Source of the DNA: Burkholderiales bacterium
GTDB lineage: Bacteria; Pseudomonadota; Gammaproteobacteria; Burkholderiales; CAIKXV01
Length of the DNA stretch: 64,000 bases
Direction of reading: 5' to 3'
NCBI GenBank assembly: GCA_038205245.1
Contig: JBBRCD010000007.1
Coordinates: 2,037 to 66,036, forward strand
The notes beneath the pieces were generated by a model. The model did no database searches. It was not told the DNA's origin and worked only from the letters and a program-made list of their open reading frames with translations. This document shows positions 53,989-64,000 of this stretch, piece by piece. Position 1 is the first letter of the stretch; every line of letters starts with the position of its first letter. The position numbers and the translations under genes were made by a program.

Positions 53989-54699
53989 ATGAACGCCGCA
54001 CCGATCATCACCATCGCGCTCTCCAAGGGGCGCATCTATGACGATACGCTGCCGCTCCTGGCCCAGGCGGGGCTCACGCCTGCGCTCGATCCGGAGCGCT
54101 CGCGCAAACTGATCCTGCCCACCAACCGGGATGATGTACGGCTGGTGATCGTGCGCGCCACCGATGTGCCGACCTATGTCCAGTTCGGTGGCGCCGATCT
54201 GGGTGTGGCCGGCAGGGACGTGCTGGACGAACATGGCGGACACGGTTTGTATCAGCCGGTCGATCTGGACATTGCACGCTGCCGGATGGTGGTGGCAGCG
54301 CGCGCCGATTTCGACTATGCCGCCGCAATCGCCCAGCGCCGGCGGCTGCGTGCAGCGACCAAGTTCGAGCGCACCGCGCGCGAGCACTTCGCGAGCAAGG
54401 GTCTGCATGTCGATCTGATCAAGCTGTACGGGTCGATGGAACTCGCACCGCTGACCGGTCTTGCCGATGTGATCGTCGATCTGGTCGATACCGGCAACAC
54501 GCTGAAGGCGAACAGCCTGGTGGCAGTCGAAGAGATCTCGCTGGTAAGTGCGCGCCTTATCGTCAATCCGGCGGCATTGCGTCTGAAGCGCGCGACCTTG
54601 CGCCCGCTGATCGACCTGCTCGCAGCCGCTGCGGCGGCGAGTCGGGAGAGCCGCCTTGGGGGCGCATCCGCAGGTGGTCCAGGAGGACCGAATGGCTAG
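53989..54699 (+). CDS. hisG: ATP phosphoribosyltransferase, short form
   Basis: 236 aa from ATG 53989. IALSKGRI..., [12 protein letters not shown]. No C-terminal regulatory domain. Confidence 0.93.
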   Translation: MNAAPIITIALSKGRIYDDTLPLLAQAGLTPALDPERSRKLILPTNRDDVRLVIVRATDVPTYVQFGGADLGVAGRDVLDEHGGHGLYQPVDLDIARCRMVVAARADFDYAAAIAQRRRLRAATKFERTAREHFASKGLHVDLIKLYGSMELAPLTGLADVIVDLVDTGNTLKANSLVAVEEISLVSARLIVNPAALRLKRATLRPLIDLLAAAAAASRESRLGGASAGGPGGPNG

Positions 54700-56053
54700 C
54701 AGTCCGGGGGTGCGTTCGGGGGTACGTCTGCGGATGCGGGTACTGGATAGTGGTGCGCGCGGTTTCGATCGCACCCTCGCCGCGCTGACCGCGTTCGATG
54801 CGTCGCAGGATGCCGGCGTCGAATCTGAAGTGGCCAGGATCGTCGACGCGGTCCGGCGTGATGGCGATCGCGCGCTGCTCGCCTTTACCCGCAGGTTCGA
54901 CCGCATGCCGGTGCGGCAGGCGCGCGCGCTGGAACTCACGCGTGCCGAGCTGGCCGCCGCCTGGCGCAGTCTGGGCGCGATCGAGCGCCAGGCGTTGCAG
55001 GCAGCGCATAGTCGAATCCGCGCCTATCATGAGCGGCAGGCGGGCGAGGGCGGCACGACCTGGCAGTTCCGCGATGAGTTCGGTTCGCGCCTCGGCCAGC
55101 GGGTGCTGCCTCTGGATCGTGCCGGGCTCTATGTGCCCGGTGGCAAGGCCGCCTATCCGTCCTCACTGCTGATGAATGCAGTGCCGGCCAAGGTCGCCGG
55201 GGTGCGCGAACTGGTGATGGTGGTGCCCACGCCCCGGGGGGAGCGCAACCCGCTGGTGCTGGCCGCAGCAAAGCTCGCCGGCGTGGACCGGGCGTTCACC
55301 ATCGGCGGCGCGCAGGCGGTGGCTGCCCTGGCCTACGGCACCGAGACGGTGCCCGCGGTGGACAAGATCACCGGGCCAGGCAACGCCTATGTCGCGGCCG
55401 CCAAGCGGCGGGTGTTCGGCACCGTCGGCATCGACATGATCGCCGGGCCCTCCGAGATCCTGGTGATCGCGGACGACTCGGCCGACCCGGACTGGGTGGC
55501 GATGGACCTGTTCTCGCAGGCCGAGCATGACGAGATGGCGCAGGCGATCCTGCTCAGTCCGAGCCGACGGCTGATCGCCGCAGTGCAGGCCTCGATCGCG
55601 CGGCTGCTGCCGGGCATGGCAAGGCAGGCGGTGATCCGCCAGTCGATCACGGCGCGCGGCGCGCTGATCCGGGTGAAGAGCCTGTCCGAGGCCTGTGTGA
55701 TCGCCGACCGCATCGCGCCCGAGCATCTCGAGCTCGCGGTGCGCGAGCCCGCGCCGCTGCTGGCGAAGATCCGCCATGCCGGTGCGATCTTCGTCGGGCA
55801 CTACACCTCGGAGACGCTGGGCGACTATTGCGCCGGGTCCAACCATGTGTTGCCGACCGCGCGCACCGCGCGTTTTTCCTCGCCACTCGGGGTCTACGAC
55901 TTCCAGAAACGCACCAGCGTGATCGAGGTGAGCCGGCGTGGCGCGCAGGCCCTGGGCGAGGTGGCGAGCGTACTGGCGCGCGCCGAGGGCCTGGAGGCCC
56001 ACGCCCGTGCCGCAGAGTTGCGCATGCGTACCCGCAGGCAGGGCGTGCGATGA
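54692..56053 (+). CDS. hisD: histidinol dehydrogenase
   Basis: 453 aa from ATG 54692 (SD AGGAGGA). Motifs [34 protein letters not shown]. Confidence 0.96.
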   Translation: MASSPGVRSGVRLRMRVLDSGARGFDRTLAALTAFDASQDAGVESEVARIVDAVRRDGDRALLAFTRRFDRMPVRQARALELTRAELAAAWRSLGAIERQALQAAHSRIRAYHERQAGEGGTTWQFRDEFGSRLGQRVLPLDRAGLYVPGGKAAYPSSLLMNAVPAKVAGVRELVMVVPTPRGERNPLVLAAAKLAGVDRAFTIGGAQAVAALAYGTETVPAVDKITGPGNAYVAAAKRRVFGTVGIDMIAGPSEILVIADDSADPDWVAMDLFSQAEHDEMAQAILLSPSRRLIAAVQASIARLLPGMARQAVIRQSITARGALIRVKSLSEACVIADRIAPEHLELAVREPAPLLAKIRHAGAIFVGHYTSETLGDYCAGSNHVLPTARTARFSSPLGVYDFQKRTSVIEVSRRGAQALGEVASVLARAEGLEAHARAAELRMRTRRQGVR

Positions 56054-57189
56054 AGCTGCCCGATCAGTCCCCGCCCGCTGCCGTTGCCGCGACCCCGCAG
56101 TCGCTGATCCGCGAGGAGGTGCTCGCGCTGGGCGCCTACCTGGTGCCGGACTCGACCGGTCTGGTCAAGCTGGACGCGATGGAGAACCCTTACCGGCTGC
56201 CGCCGGCGCTCGCCGCCGAACTCGGGACACTGCTCGCGCAGGCGCCGGTCAACCGCTATCCACAGGCGGATGCCAGCGTGTTGAAGGCGGCCATCCGCGA
56301 GGCACTTGCGGTGCCGGCGGATTGCGACATCCTTCTTGGCAACGGCTCGGACGAGATCATCCAGCTGCTCGCGCTGGCGGTGGCAAAGCCGGGGGCAGTG
56401 CTCGCCTCGATCGAGCCGACCTTTGTCATGTTCCGGATGATCGCCACCTTCACCGGGCTGCGCTATGCGAGCTGTGCACTGCGTGCCGACTTCTCGCTCG
56501 ATGTCGAGGCGGTGCTGGCGATGCTCGAGCGCGAGCGTCCGGCGGTGATGTTTCTTGCCACACCGAACAACCCGACCGGCAACGCTTTCTCGCGCGCCGA
56601 CATCGAGCGCATTGCGCGTGCCGCGCCCGGCCTGCTGGTGGTCGACGAGGCCTACTACGCGTTCGGCGACGGCAGCCATCTGGAACTGGCCGGCCGGCTG
56701 CCGAACCTGCTGGTGATGCGCACCTTCTCCAAGCTCGGCATGGCCGGGCTGCGGCTGGGCTTTCTGGTCGGGCCGCGCGTCTGGCTCGAGCAACTGGACA
56801 AGCTGCGTCTGCCGTACAACGTGAACATCCTGACCCAGGTTGCGGCTACCCGGCTGCTCGCCAGCTATGGCGAGCTTGCAGCCCAGGCCCGGTCGATCCG
56901 TGCAGACCGTGAGCGGCTTGCCGGCGCGCTCGCCGCGATAACCGGGGTGCAGGTGTTCGCGTCCGAGGCGAATTTCCTGCTGTTCCGGGTCGCCGGCGCA
57001 GCCGCGGTGTTCGACGCGCTGCTCGCCCGGGGCGTGCTGATCAAGAACGTGTCCCGCGCGCATCCGTTGCTCGCCGATTGCCTCAGGGTCACGGTCGGTA
57101 CGCCGCAGGAGAACGCGCGCTTTCTCGCCGCCCTTGGCGAGGCGATAGGGGCCCCGGCGGGCGTGTCTCGCGGCCGGGGCGCCGCCTGA
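56050..57189 (+). CDS. hisC: histidinol-phosphate aminotransferase
   Basis: 379 aa. ATGA overlap with hisD. The PLP lysine lies in the motif [14 protein letters not shown]. Confidence 0.93.
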   Translation: MKLPDQSPPAAVAATPQSLIREEVLALGAYLVPDSTGLVKLDAMENPYRLPPALAAELGTLLAQAPVNRYPQADASVLKAAIREALAVPADCDILLGNGSDEIIQLLALAVAKPGAVLASIEPTFVMFRMIATFTGLRYASCALRADFSLDVEAVLAMLERERPAVMFLATPNNPTGNAFSRADIERIARAAPGLLVVDEAYYAFGDGSHLELAGRLPNLLVMRTFSKLGMAGLRLGFLVGPRVWLEQLDKLRLPYNVNILTQVAATRLLASYGELAAQARSIRADRERLAGALAAITGVQVFASEANFLLFRVAGAAAVFDALLARGVLIKNVSRAHPLLADCLRVTVGTPQENARFLAALGEAIGAPAGVSRGRGAA

Positions 57190-57218
57190 TCCAGGTCGAC
57201 TTGGGTTAACCTCGCCTC

Positions 57219-57806
57219 ATGCGTCAGGCCACCATCCATCGCAAGACCCAGGAGACCATCATCGACGTCGTGTTGAACGTCGACGGCAGCGGTCGCTATT
57301 CGATTGCCACCGGCATTGCCTTCCTCGATCACATGATCGAGCAGGTGGCGCGCCACGGCCTGTTCGATCTCGAGGTGAAGGCCACCGGCGATCTGCATGT
57401 CGATGCACACCACACGGTCGAGGATGTCGGCATCACGATCGGCCAGGCGCTGGCGAAGGCGGTGGGCGACAAGCGCGGCGTGCGCCGTTATGGTCACGCT
57501 TACGTGCCGCTGGACGAGGCGCTGTCGCGTGTGGTGATCGATCTGTCCGGGCGCCCCGGCCTCGAGATGCAGGTCGAGTTCACCCGCGCGCGCATCGGTG
57601 AGTTCGATGCCGATCTGATCTACGAGTTCTTCCAGGGCTTCGTCAATCATGCGCAGGCGACCTTGCATATCGACAACCTTAAGGGGCGCAACGCGCACCA
57701 CCAGGCCGAGACGATCTTCAAGGCGTTCGGGCGCGCGCTGCGCGTCGCGGTCGAACTCGATCCGAGGGCTGCCGACGCCGTGCCCTCGACCAAGGGTTCG
57801 CTCTGA
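57219..57806 (+). CDS. hisB: imidazoleglycerol-phosphate dehydratase
   Basis: 195 aa. Monofunctional. [11 protein letters not shown] and [15 protein letters not shown] motifs. Confidence 0.96.
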   Translation: MRQATIHRKTQETIIDVVLNVDGSGRYSIATGIAFLDHMIEQVARHGLFDLEVKATGDLHVDAHHTVEDVGITIGQALAKAVGDKRGVRRYGHAYVPLDEALSRVVIDLSGRPGLEMQVEFTRARIGEFDADLIYEFFQGFVNHAQATLHIDNLKGRNAHHQAETIFKAFGRALRVAVELDPRAADAVPSTKGSL

Positions 57807-57817
57807 CCGAGCTTGCG

Positions 57818-58489
57818 ATGACGATTGCTGTGGTGGACTATGGCATGGGCAATCTGCGTTCGGTGGCCAAGGCGCTCGAGCATGTGGCCGATGGCGTGCC
57901 GATCGTGGTCACCGACGACCCGGCGACCATCGAGCGCGCCGCGCGGGTGGTGTTCCCGGGGCAAGGCGCGATGCCCGACTGCATGCGCGAACTCGAGACA
58001 CGCGGGCTGCGCGCAGCGGTGATCGAAGCGGCACAGAGCAAGCCGTTCCTGGGCATCTGCATCGGCCTGCAGATGTTGTTCGACCGCTCCGAGGAAGGCG
58101 ATACACCCGGTCTGGCGGTGCTGCCGGGCGAGGTGATCCGGTTTCCGGACCAGGCGATGGTCGACGCTGCGGGTGGCCGGTTGAAGGTGCCGCACATGGG
58201 CTGGAACGAAGTGCACCAGTCCGAAGCGCACCCGATGTGGACCGGCATCGCCGATGCGACCCGGTTCTACTTCGTGCACAGCTATTTCCCGCAACCGGCC
58301 CAGCCTGACATCGTGGCCGGCTACAGCCACTATCCGTTCCCGTTCTGCTGCGCGGTTGCCCGAGGCAGCCTGTTTGCCGTACAGTTCCATCCAGAGAAAA
58401 GCCACCGGGCGGGTCTACAGTTGCTTGCCAATTTCGTCAACTGGGATGTGCAGTCAGGAACCCTCGCCGGACGCGCGCGATGCTCCTGA
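57818..58489 (+). CDS. hisH: imidazole glycerol phosphate synthase, glutamine amidotransferase subunit
   Basis: 223 aa. [20 protein letters not shown] (catalytic Cys), FHPEKS. Confidence 0.95.
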   Translation: MTIAVVDYGMGNLRSVAKALEHVADGVPIVVTDDPATIERAARVVFPGQGAMPDCMRELETRGLRAAVIEAAQSKPFLGICIGLQMLFDRSEEGDTPGLAVLPGEVIRFPDQAMVDAAGGRLKVPHMGWNEVHQSEAHPMWTGIADATRFYFVHSYFPQPAQPDIVAGYSHYPFPFCCAVARGSLFAVQFHPEKSHRAGLQLLANFVNWDVQSGTLAGRARCS

Positions 58490-59244
58490 TACCTGCGATC
58501 GACCTCAAGGATGGGGGCTGTGTCCGGCTGCGCCAGGGCGAAATGGCCGGGGCGACCGTTTATTCCGAAAACCCGGGCGAAATGGCGGCCCAGTGGCTGG
58601 CGCAGGGTGCGCGCCGGCTGCATATCGTCGACCTGAACGGTGCGGTGGCCGGCAAGCCGAAGAACGAGCCGGCGATCAAGCAGATCGTCAAGGTGATCGG
58701 CGACCGGATCCCGATCCAGCTCGGCGGGGGCATCCGTGACCTCGATACGATCGAGCGCTACCTGGACGACGGCGTGTCCTACGTGATCATCGGCACTGCG
58801 GCGGTGAAGACGCCCGGGTTCCTGCATGACGCCTGCGGCGCCTTTCCTGGCCATATCATCGTCGGCCTGGATGCCAAGGACGGCAAGGTGGCGGTGGACG
58901 GCTGGTCGAAGATGACCGGTCACGAAGTGGGCGACCTGGCGAAGAAGTTCGAGGACTACGGCGTCGAGGCAGTGATCTATACCGACATCGGCCGTGACGG
59001 CATGTTGAGTGGCATCAATATCGAGGCCACGGTGCGCCTGGCGCAGCAACTGAGCATCCCGGTCATCGCCAGCGGCGGACTGTCCAGCCTGGACGATGTG
59101 CGCAACCTGTGCGCGGTCCAGGCCGAGGGCATCCCGGCGGCGATCACCGGGCGGGCGATCTATGAAGGCAGGATCGATTTCGCCGAAGCGCAGCGCCTGG
59201 CCGATTCGTTGTCCCCGGCAAGCCCGACTGGCGCGCCAGGCTAG
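58480..59244 (+). CDS. hisA: 1-(5-phosphoribosyl)-5-[(5-phosphoribosylamino)methylideneamino]imidazole-4-carboxamide isomerase
   Basis: 254 aa. [38 protein letters not shown]. Confidence 0.95.
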   Translation: MLLIPAIDLKDGGCVRLRQGEMAGATVYSENPGEMAAQWLAQGARRLHIVDLNGAVAGKPKNEPAIKQIVKVIGDRIPIQLGGGIRDLDTIERYLDDGVSYVIIGTAAVKTPGFLHDACGAFPGHIIVGLDAKDGKVAVDGWSKMTGHEVGDLAKKFEDYGVEAVIYTDIGRDGMLSGINIEATVRLAQQLSIPVIASGGLSSLDDVRNLCAVQAEGIPAAITGRAIYEGRIDFAEAQRLADSLSPASPTGAPG

Positions 59245-59250
59245 CCGGCA

Positions 59251-60024
59251 ATGCTCGCCAAGCGGATCATCCCCTGCCTGGACGTCACCGGCGGCCGGGT
59301 GGTAAAGGGTGTCAACTTCGTCGATCTGCGCGATGCCGGTGACCCGGTCGAGGTCGCGCGCCGCTATGACGACCAGGGCGCAGACGAACTCACCTTCCTC
59401 GACATCACCGCCAGCAGCGACGCCCGGGGTACGCTGCTGTCGATGGTCGAGGCGGTCGCCGCACAGGTGTTCATTCCGCTCACCGTCGGCGGCGGCGTGC
59501 GCACCGTGGCCGATGTGCGCGCACTGCTCAACGCCGGTGCCGACAAGGTGAGCATCAACACCGCAGCAGTGCAGGCGCCAGAGTTCGTGCGCGAGGCCAC
59601 CGGGCGCTATGGTTCGCAGTGCATCGTCGTTGCCATCGACGCCAAGCGCGTGTCCGGGGTGGCCGGCGAGGCGCCGCGCTGGGAAGTGTTCACCCATGGC
59701 GGGCGTCGTGCCACCGGCCTGGATGCGCTCGAGTGGGGTCGCCGGATGCAGGCCTACGGGGCGGGCGAGATCCTGCTCACCAGCATGGACCGGGACGGCA
59801 CTCGATCCGGCTTTGACCTGGCGCTCACCCGCGCGTTCTCCGACACGCTGTCGATCCCGATCATCGCCAGTGGCGGGGTCGGCTCGATCGCCGATATGGT
59901 CGAAGGCGTCACCGAAGGCCATGCCGATGCAGTGCTGGCGGCCAGCATCTTCCACTACGGCGAACACACGGTGGCCGAGGTGAAGCAGGCGTTTGCCGCC
60001 GCCGGCGTGGAAGTACGGGTCTAG
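59251..60024 (+). CDS. hisF: imidazole glycerol phosphate synthase, cyclase subunit
   Basis: 257 aa. [30 protein letters not shown]. Confidence 0.96.
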   Translation: MLAKRIIPCLDVTGGRVVKGVNFVDLRDAGDPVEVARRYDDQGADELTFLDITASSDARGTLLSMVEAVAAQVFIPLTVGGGVRTVADVRALLNAGADKVSINTAAVQAPEFVREATGRYGSQCIVVAIDAKRVSGVAGEAPRWEVFTHGGRRATGLDALEWGRRMQAYGAGEILLTSMDRDGTRSGFDLALTRAFSDTLSIPIIASGGVGSIADMVEGVTEGHADAVLAASIFHYGEHTVAEVKQAFAAAGVEVRV

Positions 60025-60034
60025 GGGCGCCGCA

Positions 60035-60436
60035 ATGCCCGCGCTCGGTGAGCCACTGTCTGCTGCCTGGCTGGACGACGTCGCCTTCGATGCGGGCGGG
60101 TTGATACCAGCCATCGCTCAGGATGTGGTCAGCGGGCGCATTCTGATGTTCGCCTGGATGAACCGCGAGTCGCTGGCACTGACCAGTCAGACCGGATTCG
60201 CCCATTACTGGTCGCGCTCGCGTGGCAGACTCTGGCGCAAGGGCGAAGAGTCCGGCCACCGGCAGCGCGTGGCCGAGATCCGGCTCGACTGCGACGAAGA
60301 CGTCATCCTCCTGCAGATCGAGCAGGTGGGCGGCATCGCCTGCCATACCGGCCGGCAGAGCTGCTTCTACCGGCGCCTGGAGGGTGATCGCTGGGTCGAG
60401 GTCGACCCGGTGCTCAAACCGCCCGACCAGATTTAA
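60035..60436 (+). CDS. hisI: phosphoribosyl-AMP cyclohydrolase
   Basis: 133 aa from ATG 60035. GLIPAIAQD..., [26 protein letters not shown]. Confidence 0.93.
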   Translation: MPALGEPLSAAWLDDVAFDAGGLIPAIAQDVVSGRILMFAWMNRESLALTSQTGFAHYWSRSRGRLWRKGEESGHRQRVAEIRLDCDEDVILLQIEQVGGIACHTGRQSCFYRRLEGDRWVEVDPVLKPPDQI

Positions 60437-60440
60437 CCCG

Positions 60441-60480
60441 CCTGACCCACCCTGACCCACCCTGACCCACCCCGATCCAC
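60441..60480. repeat. 10-bp tandem repeat CCTGACCCAC x3 plus 1 diverged unit
   Basis: Read directly in the hisI-hisE gap. Confidence 0.95.
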
Positions 60481-60534
60481 TCTTGTGCACCCGACAGAGC
60501 CGTCCGCCGACCGTTGCCCCGTAGCGAGGCCAAG

Positions 60535-60861
60535 ATGAACGAAGACCCGATCCTGGAACGACTTGCCGCAACCATCGAGTCGCGTAAGCTGTCTGCGCCG
60601 GGCAGTTCCTATGTGGCAAGCCTGTTTCACAAGGGGCATGACGCCATCCTGAAGAAGCTCGCCGAGGAGTCTGCCGAGACGCTGTTGGCCGCCAAGGACG
60701 GTGATAAACTCCATCTGGTCAAGGAGATGGCAGACCTCTGGTTTCACGGACTGGTGCTACTTTCACATCACGGGCTGGGCCCGGCCGATGTGCTGGCCGA
60801 ACTTGCCCGGCGCGAAGGGGTGTCCGGGCACGACGAGAAGAAGTCGCGCGCCGGGAACTGA
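60535..60861 (+). CDS. hisE: phosphoribosyl-ATP pyrophosphatase
   Basis: 108 aa from ATG 60535. [10 protein letters not shown]...KKLAEESAE...EMADLWFH. Confidence 0.92.
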   Translation: MNEDPILERLAATIESRKLSAPGSSYVASLFHKGHDAILKKLAEESAETLLAAKDGDKLHLVKEMADLWFHGLVLLSHHGLGPADVLAELARREGVSGHDEKKSRAGN

Positions 60862-60931
60862 CCTTCCGGTCATCTTCGCAGGATATCGTTCGTTTGGCGG
60901 GCATTGCGCCCGACCGACAAGGAGCATCGAC

Positions 60932-61171
60932 ATGGGTTCGTTCAGTATCTGGCACTGGTTGATCGTGTTGCTGGTGGTTGTGCTGGTGTTCGGCACCAAG
61001 AAGCTCGGCAATCTGGGCAAGGATGTCGGCAGCGCGATCAAGGGCTTCAAGGAAGGCATGAAGCCGGAAGACGACAAGTCTGCGGGCGCAGCGGGTGTGG
61101 CGGCCGCCCAGCAGATTCATGGTCAGACGATCGAAGGCGAGATCAAGAGCAAGTCCGAAAGCAAGGTCTGA
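60932..61171 (+). CDS. tatA: twin-arginine translocase subunit TatA
   Basis: 79 aa. [40 protein letters not shown]. Confidence 0.95.
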   Translation: MGSFSIWHWLIVLLVVVLVFGTKKLGNLGKDVGSAIKGFKEGMKPEDDKSAGAAGVAAAQQIHGQTIEGEIKSKSESKV

Positions 61172-61286
61172 CCAGCGCGCGGCCGCTGCGGGTACCTGAC
61201 CGGCTACCGCCCGCAGGCCGTAGTTTCGTTGGCGCCGTTGCCGGCCTGCCGCGACGGCTTTGCGCGACTCCCTCCGCTCCCTGACC

Positions 61287-61919
61287 ATGCTCGACCTCGG
61301 ATTCTCGGAAATGATGGTGATCGCGGTGGTCGCGCTGGTCGTGATCGGCCCTGAGCGCCTGCCCAAGGTCGCCCGCACCGTGGGCCATCTGGTCGGCCGC
61401 ATGCAGCGCTATGTCAACGACGTCAAGGCCGACATCGGTCGCGAAATGGAACTCGACGAGCTGCGCAAGTTCCGCCAGACGGTGGAGGAGACTGCCGGCT
61501 CGGTCAGGAGCAGCTTCGATTCGATGCAGTCGGACGCGCGCTCCACTGGTGACGAGCTGGCTGCACTGGCCAATTTTCAAGGCGATATTCCGGTCCCTGT
61601 CTCCGGCGCGACTGTGGCTGGTGACACCCACATGGCCGGATCGATCGGCGCCCCGGACGCCGGGAACAGTCCGGGCTCGACTGGCCTGCTGCAGGAGGCC
61701 ACTGGTGCGCTGTCTTCGCCGGCGGTGGCCGAATGGGTCGAGCCGACGGTTTCGGGGGCGATGGCGAGTCGCGCGCAGCCGGCGATCTATGTGGCGCCGA
61801 CCTCGTTGGCCATGGCGACGCTCGCCGAGCGGGCGATCGGTCAGCAGCGTCTCGCGCAGCAGGCGGATCAGACGGCCGAGACCGCTCCCGCGCCGTGGTC
61901 TGCCGTCCGGGAGGCCTGA
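61287..61919 (+). CDS. tatB: twin-arginine translocase subunit TatB
   Basis: 210 aa from ATG 61287. MLDLGFSEMMVIAVVALVVIGPERLPKVARTVG. Confidence 0.92.
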   Translation: MLDLGFSEMMVIAVVALVVIGPERLPKVARTVGHLVGRMQRYVNDVKADIGREMELDELRKFRQTVEETAGSVRSSFDSMQSDARSTGDELAALANFQGDIPVPVSGATVAGDTHMAGSIGAPDAGNSPGSTGLLQEATGALSSPAVAEWVEPTVSGAMASRAQPAIYVAPTSLAMATLAERAIGQQRLAQQADQTAETAPAPWSAVREA

Positions 61920-61924
61920 CCGAC

Positions 61925-62785
61925 GTGAGCCAGAACACCGACAACAGCAGCAGCGACAACTCAGGCGACGCCAGCCGCACCGAAGCGGGCGGCGAGAGCT
62001 TCATTTCCCATCTGGTCGAGTTGCGCCAGCGTTTGGTGCGTGCTGCGGGCGCAGTGCTGGTCATCTTCATCGTGCTGTCCCCGTTCATGAAGCAGATCTT
62101 CGATCTGGTCTCCAAGCCGCTGATGCATGCGCTGCCCGAAGGCACCAAGCTGCTTGCCACCGGGGTGATCTCGCCGTTCCTGGTGCCGTTGAAGGTCACG
62201 CTGTTCGTCTCGTTCCTGCTCGGGCTGCCATATGTGCTCTACCAGGCCTGGGCGTTCATCGCGCCCGGGCTGTATCAGCACGAGAAGCGGCTGGCGGTGC
62301 CGGTGCTCGCCTCCAGCGTGGGCATGTTCTTTCTCGGCATGGCGTATTGCTACTTCGTGGTGTTCGGGTTCGTGTTCCGCTTCATTGCCGGCTTCGCGCC
62401 TGACTCGGTGGCGGTCGCCCCGGACATCGAGAATTACCTGTCCTTCGTGATGGGCATGTTCCTCGCCTTCGGCATGACCTTCGAGGTCCCGGTGGTAGTG
62501 GTGTTGCTGGTGCGCTTCGGAATCGCGTCGATCGAGCAGCTGAAGCAAGCCCGGCCCTATGTCATCGTCGGCGCGTTCGTGGTGGCCGCCGTGGTGACCC
62601 CCCCGGACATCATCTCGCAACTCCTGCTCGCGGTGCCGCTTTGCATCCTCTACGAGGTGGGTCTGCAGGTGGCCCGTTTCGCCGGCAGGTCGCCCTCGCG
62701 CGCCGACGCTGATGCGGCCGCTGAGGCCGATACCGCCGCCAAGGCCGAGGCGGCCCGAACCGCCGAGGCGACTAAAGAAACCTGA
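61925..62785 (+). CDS. tatC: twin-arginine translocase subunit TatC
   Basis: 286 aa from GTG 61925. HLVELRQRL..., six TM segments, PPDIISQ motif. Confidence 0.93.
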   Translation: MSQNTDNSSSDNSGDASRTEAGGESFISHLVELRQRLVRAAGAVLVIFIVLSPFMKQIFDLVSKPLMHALPEGTKLLATGVISPFLVPLKVTLFVSFLLGLPYVLYQAWAFIAPGLYQHEKRLAVPVLASSVGMFFLGMAYCYFVVFGFVFRFIAGFAPDSVAVAPDIENYLSFVMGMFLAFGMTFEVPVVVVLLVRFGIASIEQLKQARPYVIVGAFVVAAVVTPPDIISQLLLAVPLCILYEVGLQVARFAGRSPSRADADAAAEADTAAKAEAARTAEATKET

Positions 62786-62823
62786 TCCGGGGCCGCTAGC
62801 AGTTCGTCGACAAGCGCGGCAGC

Positions 62824-62852
62824 GGGGACAGACCCCATGCGGAGTCTGTCCG
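62824..62852. repeat. degenerate REP-like palindrome
   Basis: GGGGACAGACCCCATGCGGAGTCTGTCCGC. The arms GGACAGAC/GTCTGTCC match the family at 1350-1376 and 25616-25641. Confidence 0.75.
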
Positions 62853-62886
62853 CTGACCGCCGGCGGCGTGCCATTGGGAGTACCTG

Positions 62887-63201
62887 ATGATCCTCACCAA
62901 CATCGAACTGATTCCGGGCAAGCGGGTGGTGCGCCATCTCGGGCTGGTCCAGGGCAGCACCGTGCGTGCGAAGAACGTCGGCCGGGACATTCTGGCCAGC
63001 CTGAAGAACATCGTCGGCGGGGAACTCAAGGGCTACACCGAACTGTTGAACGAGGCGCGGGAAGAAGCCACCAGCAGGATGGTCCGGCAGGCCGAAGCGG
63101 CCGGGGCGAACGCGATCCTGAACGTGCGCTTCTCGACGTCCTCGATCACGCAGGGGGCTGCCGAACTGTTCGCCTACGGCACCGCCGTGGTGGTCGAGTA
63201 G
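62887..63201 (+). CDS. YbjQ (UPF0145) family protein
   Basis: 104 aa. Typical YbjQ sequence (GKRVVRHLGLVQGSTVRAKNVGRDILASLKNIVGGE...AELFAYGTAVVVE). Confidence 0.88.
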   Translation: MILTNIELIPGKRVVRHLGLVQGSTVRAKNVGRDILASLKNIVGGELKGYTELLNEAREEATSRMVRQAEAAGANAILNVRFSTSSITQGAAELFAYGTAVVVE

Positions 63202-63227
63202 CCACGCCGGACTGATCGGACCCTGCG

Positions 63228-63776
63228 ATGCAGACCGCTCTTGCGTTCGGCGAACTGATCATCTTCGTCGTTCTGATGGCGGTCGGCTATGTGGTCGGCC
63301 GGATTGCCGAGGCCCGGCACTACGCCTCGATCAAGACGCGCGAAAGACTGCTGCAACGGTTGACCGTGTTCACCAGCCGGTTTCCGCCGACCGTCTCGCA
63401 ATCGTTCGACGCCTCCCTGGTGACCGGCTGCACCGTGGTGTCGCAGGACTACTTCAAATCGGTGGCTGCCGCGCTCTACAGCATCTTCGGCGGCCGGGTG
63501 CGCTCCTATGAGAGCCTGCTCGACCGCGCGCGCCGGGAGTCTGTGTTGCGGATGAAGCACAGCGCAATGCGTCGAGGCGCATCGATGATCATCAACGTGA
63601 AGTTCCAGGCAGTCGCGATCCCGGGGCGCGGCATCGGCGCGGTCGAGATCCTTGCCTATGGCACGGCGCTGCGTCCGCTGGGTGCGGGTGCGAGTGCGGG
63701 GGTGGGTGCGGATGCCGATACGGGTGCGGCCGGGCGCGATGGCGCTGGGCCGGCCAGTCGCGCCAGGCCGGCCTGA
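63228..63776 (+). CDS. membrane-anchored YbjQ-like domain protein
   Basis: 182 aa. N-terminal TM segment (ELIIFVVLMAVGYVVG), then a YbjQ-like domain (SIFGGRVRSYESLLDRARRE...EILAYGTA). Gly/Ala-rich tail. Confidence 0.7.
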   Translation: MQTALAFGELIIFVVLMAVGYVVGRIAEARHYASIKTRERLLQRLTVFTSRFPPTVSQSFDASLVTGCTVVSQDYFKSVAAALYSIFGGRVRSYESLLDRARRESVLRMKHSAMRRGASMIINVKFQAVAIPGRGIGAVEILAYGTALRPLGAGASAGVGADADTGAAGRDGAGPASRARPA

Positions 63777-63787
63777 CGCTGGCGCGC

Positions 63788-64000
63788 GTGAACGCCTACA
63801 GCAATCCGCAACTGCCGCAGGAGGAGATCAACGTCAGCGAGAAGCGTCCGCTGACCGATGTCCTGATCATGATCGCCGGGCTGCTGGCGGTGATCGCGGT
63901 CATCGGGCTGCTGCTGATGCTGTTCGCGCAAACGCTGGCCAGCTGGCTGCCGTTCTCGGCCGAGCGATCGATTGCGGACCGCTTCTTCGACCCGACCGCG
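63788..64000 (+). CDS. membrane protein, 3' end outside the window (possibly the peptidase partner often found next to YbjQ pairs)
   Basis: GTG at 63788. Frame is open to the window end. One TM segment (VLIMIAGLLAVIAVIGLLLML). The functional guess is from remembered gene neighbourhoods only. Confidence 0.4.
   Translation, partial: MNAYSNPQLPQEEINVSEKRPLTDVLIMIAGLLAVIAVIGLLLMLFAQTLASWLPFSAERSIADRFFDPTA

Noticed and set aside
61181-61230. Imperfect hairpin (GGCC..TGCGGG / CCCGCA..GGCC) followed by GTAGTTTCGTT between tatA and tatB, considered as an intrinsic terminator or attenuator.
   Set aside because: The stem is interrupted by a bulge, the loop is about 15 nt and the U-tract is weak. It is not strong enough to annotate.

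Overview
GC-rich, almost fully coding chromosomal window with betaproteobacteria-like synteny.

**Backbone, 1-25.6 kb:** NIPSNAP gene; trmB-thiG-thiS; tRNA-Gly(CCC); cupin gene; asmA-mutY-hypothetical (coupled by ATGA overlaps); six-gene Mrp cation/proton antiporter with fused A/B subunit; Lon-N-domain protein; repeat-rich lipoprotein; rapZ-hprK-ptsN-hpf-rpoN-lptB-lptA-lptC-kdsC-kdsD; a divergent CPA2 antiporter.

**Accessory block, 25.7-45.1 kb:** an MSHA-like type IV filament / T2SS-like machine. It encodes an ExeA/MshM-like AAA+ protein with a SPOR-like tail, a lipoprotein secretin, a TPR protein, an MshE-type ATPase whose N-terminus matches the MshEN c-di-GMP-binding motif, a GspF platform protein, a PilM-PilN fusion, a PilO-like protein, a periplasmic protein and two minor-pilin-like genes. 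A PrsR-like sigma54 activator and a polytopic histidine kinase bracket it. A separate major-pilin gene carries a near-consensus sigma54 promoter. An ABC-2 permease pair sits inside the block, and an orphan ABC ATPase sits at its far edge.

**Backbone, 46-64 kb:** mlaFEDCB; an ABC-2 exporter interrupted by an MFS gene; murA; hisGDCBHAFIE; tatABC; two YbjQ-family genes; a truncated membrane-protein gene.

**Non-genic structure:** a REP-like palindrome family (GGGGACAGACCC-N3-GGGTCTGTCCCC) at three loci, and many short tandem repeats (6-24 bp) at gene termini and in regulatory gaps.

No transposase, integrase, CRISPR array or rRNA was seen. All function calls rest on motif recognition by eye; no database search was run.
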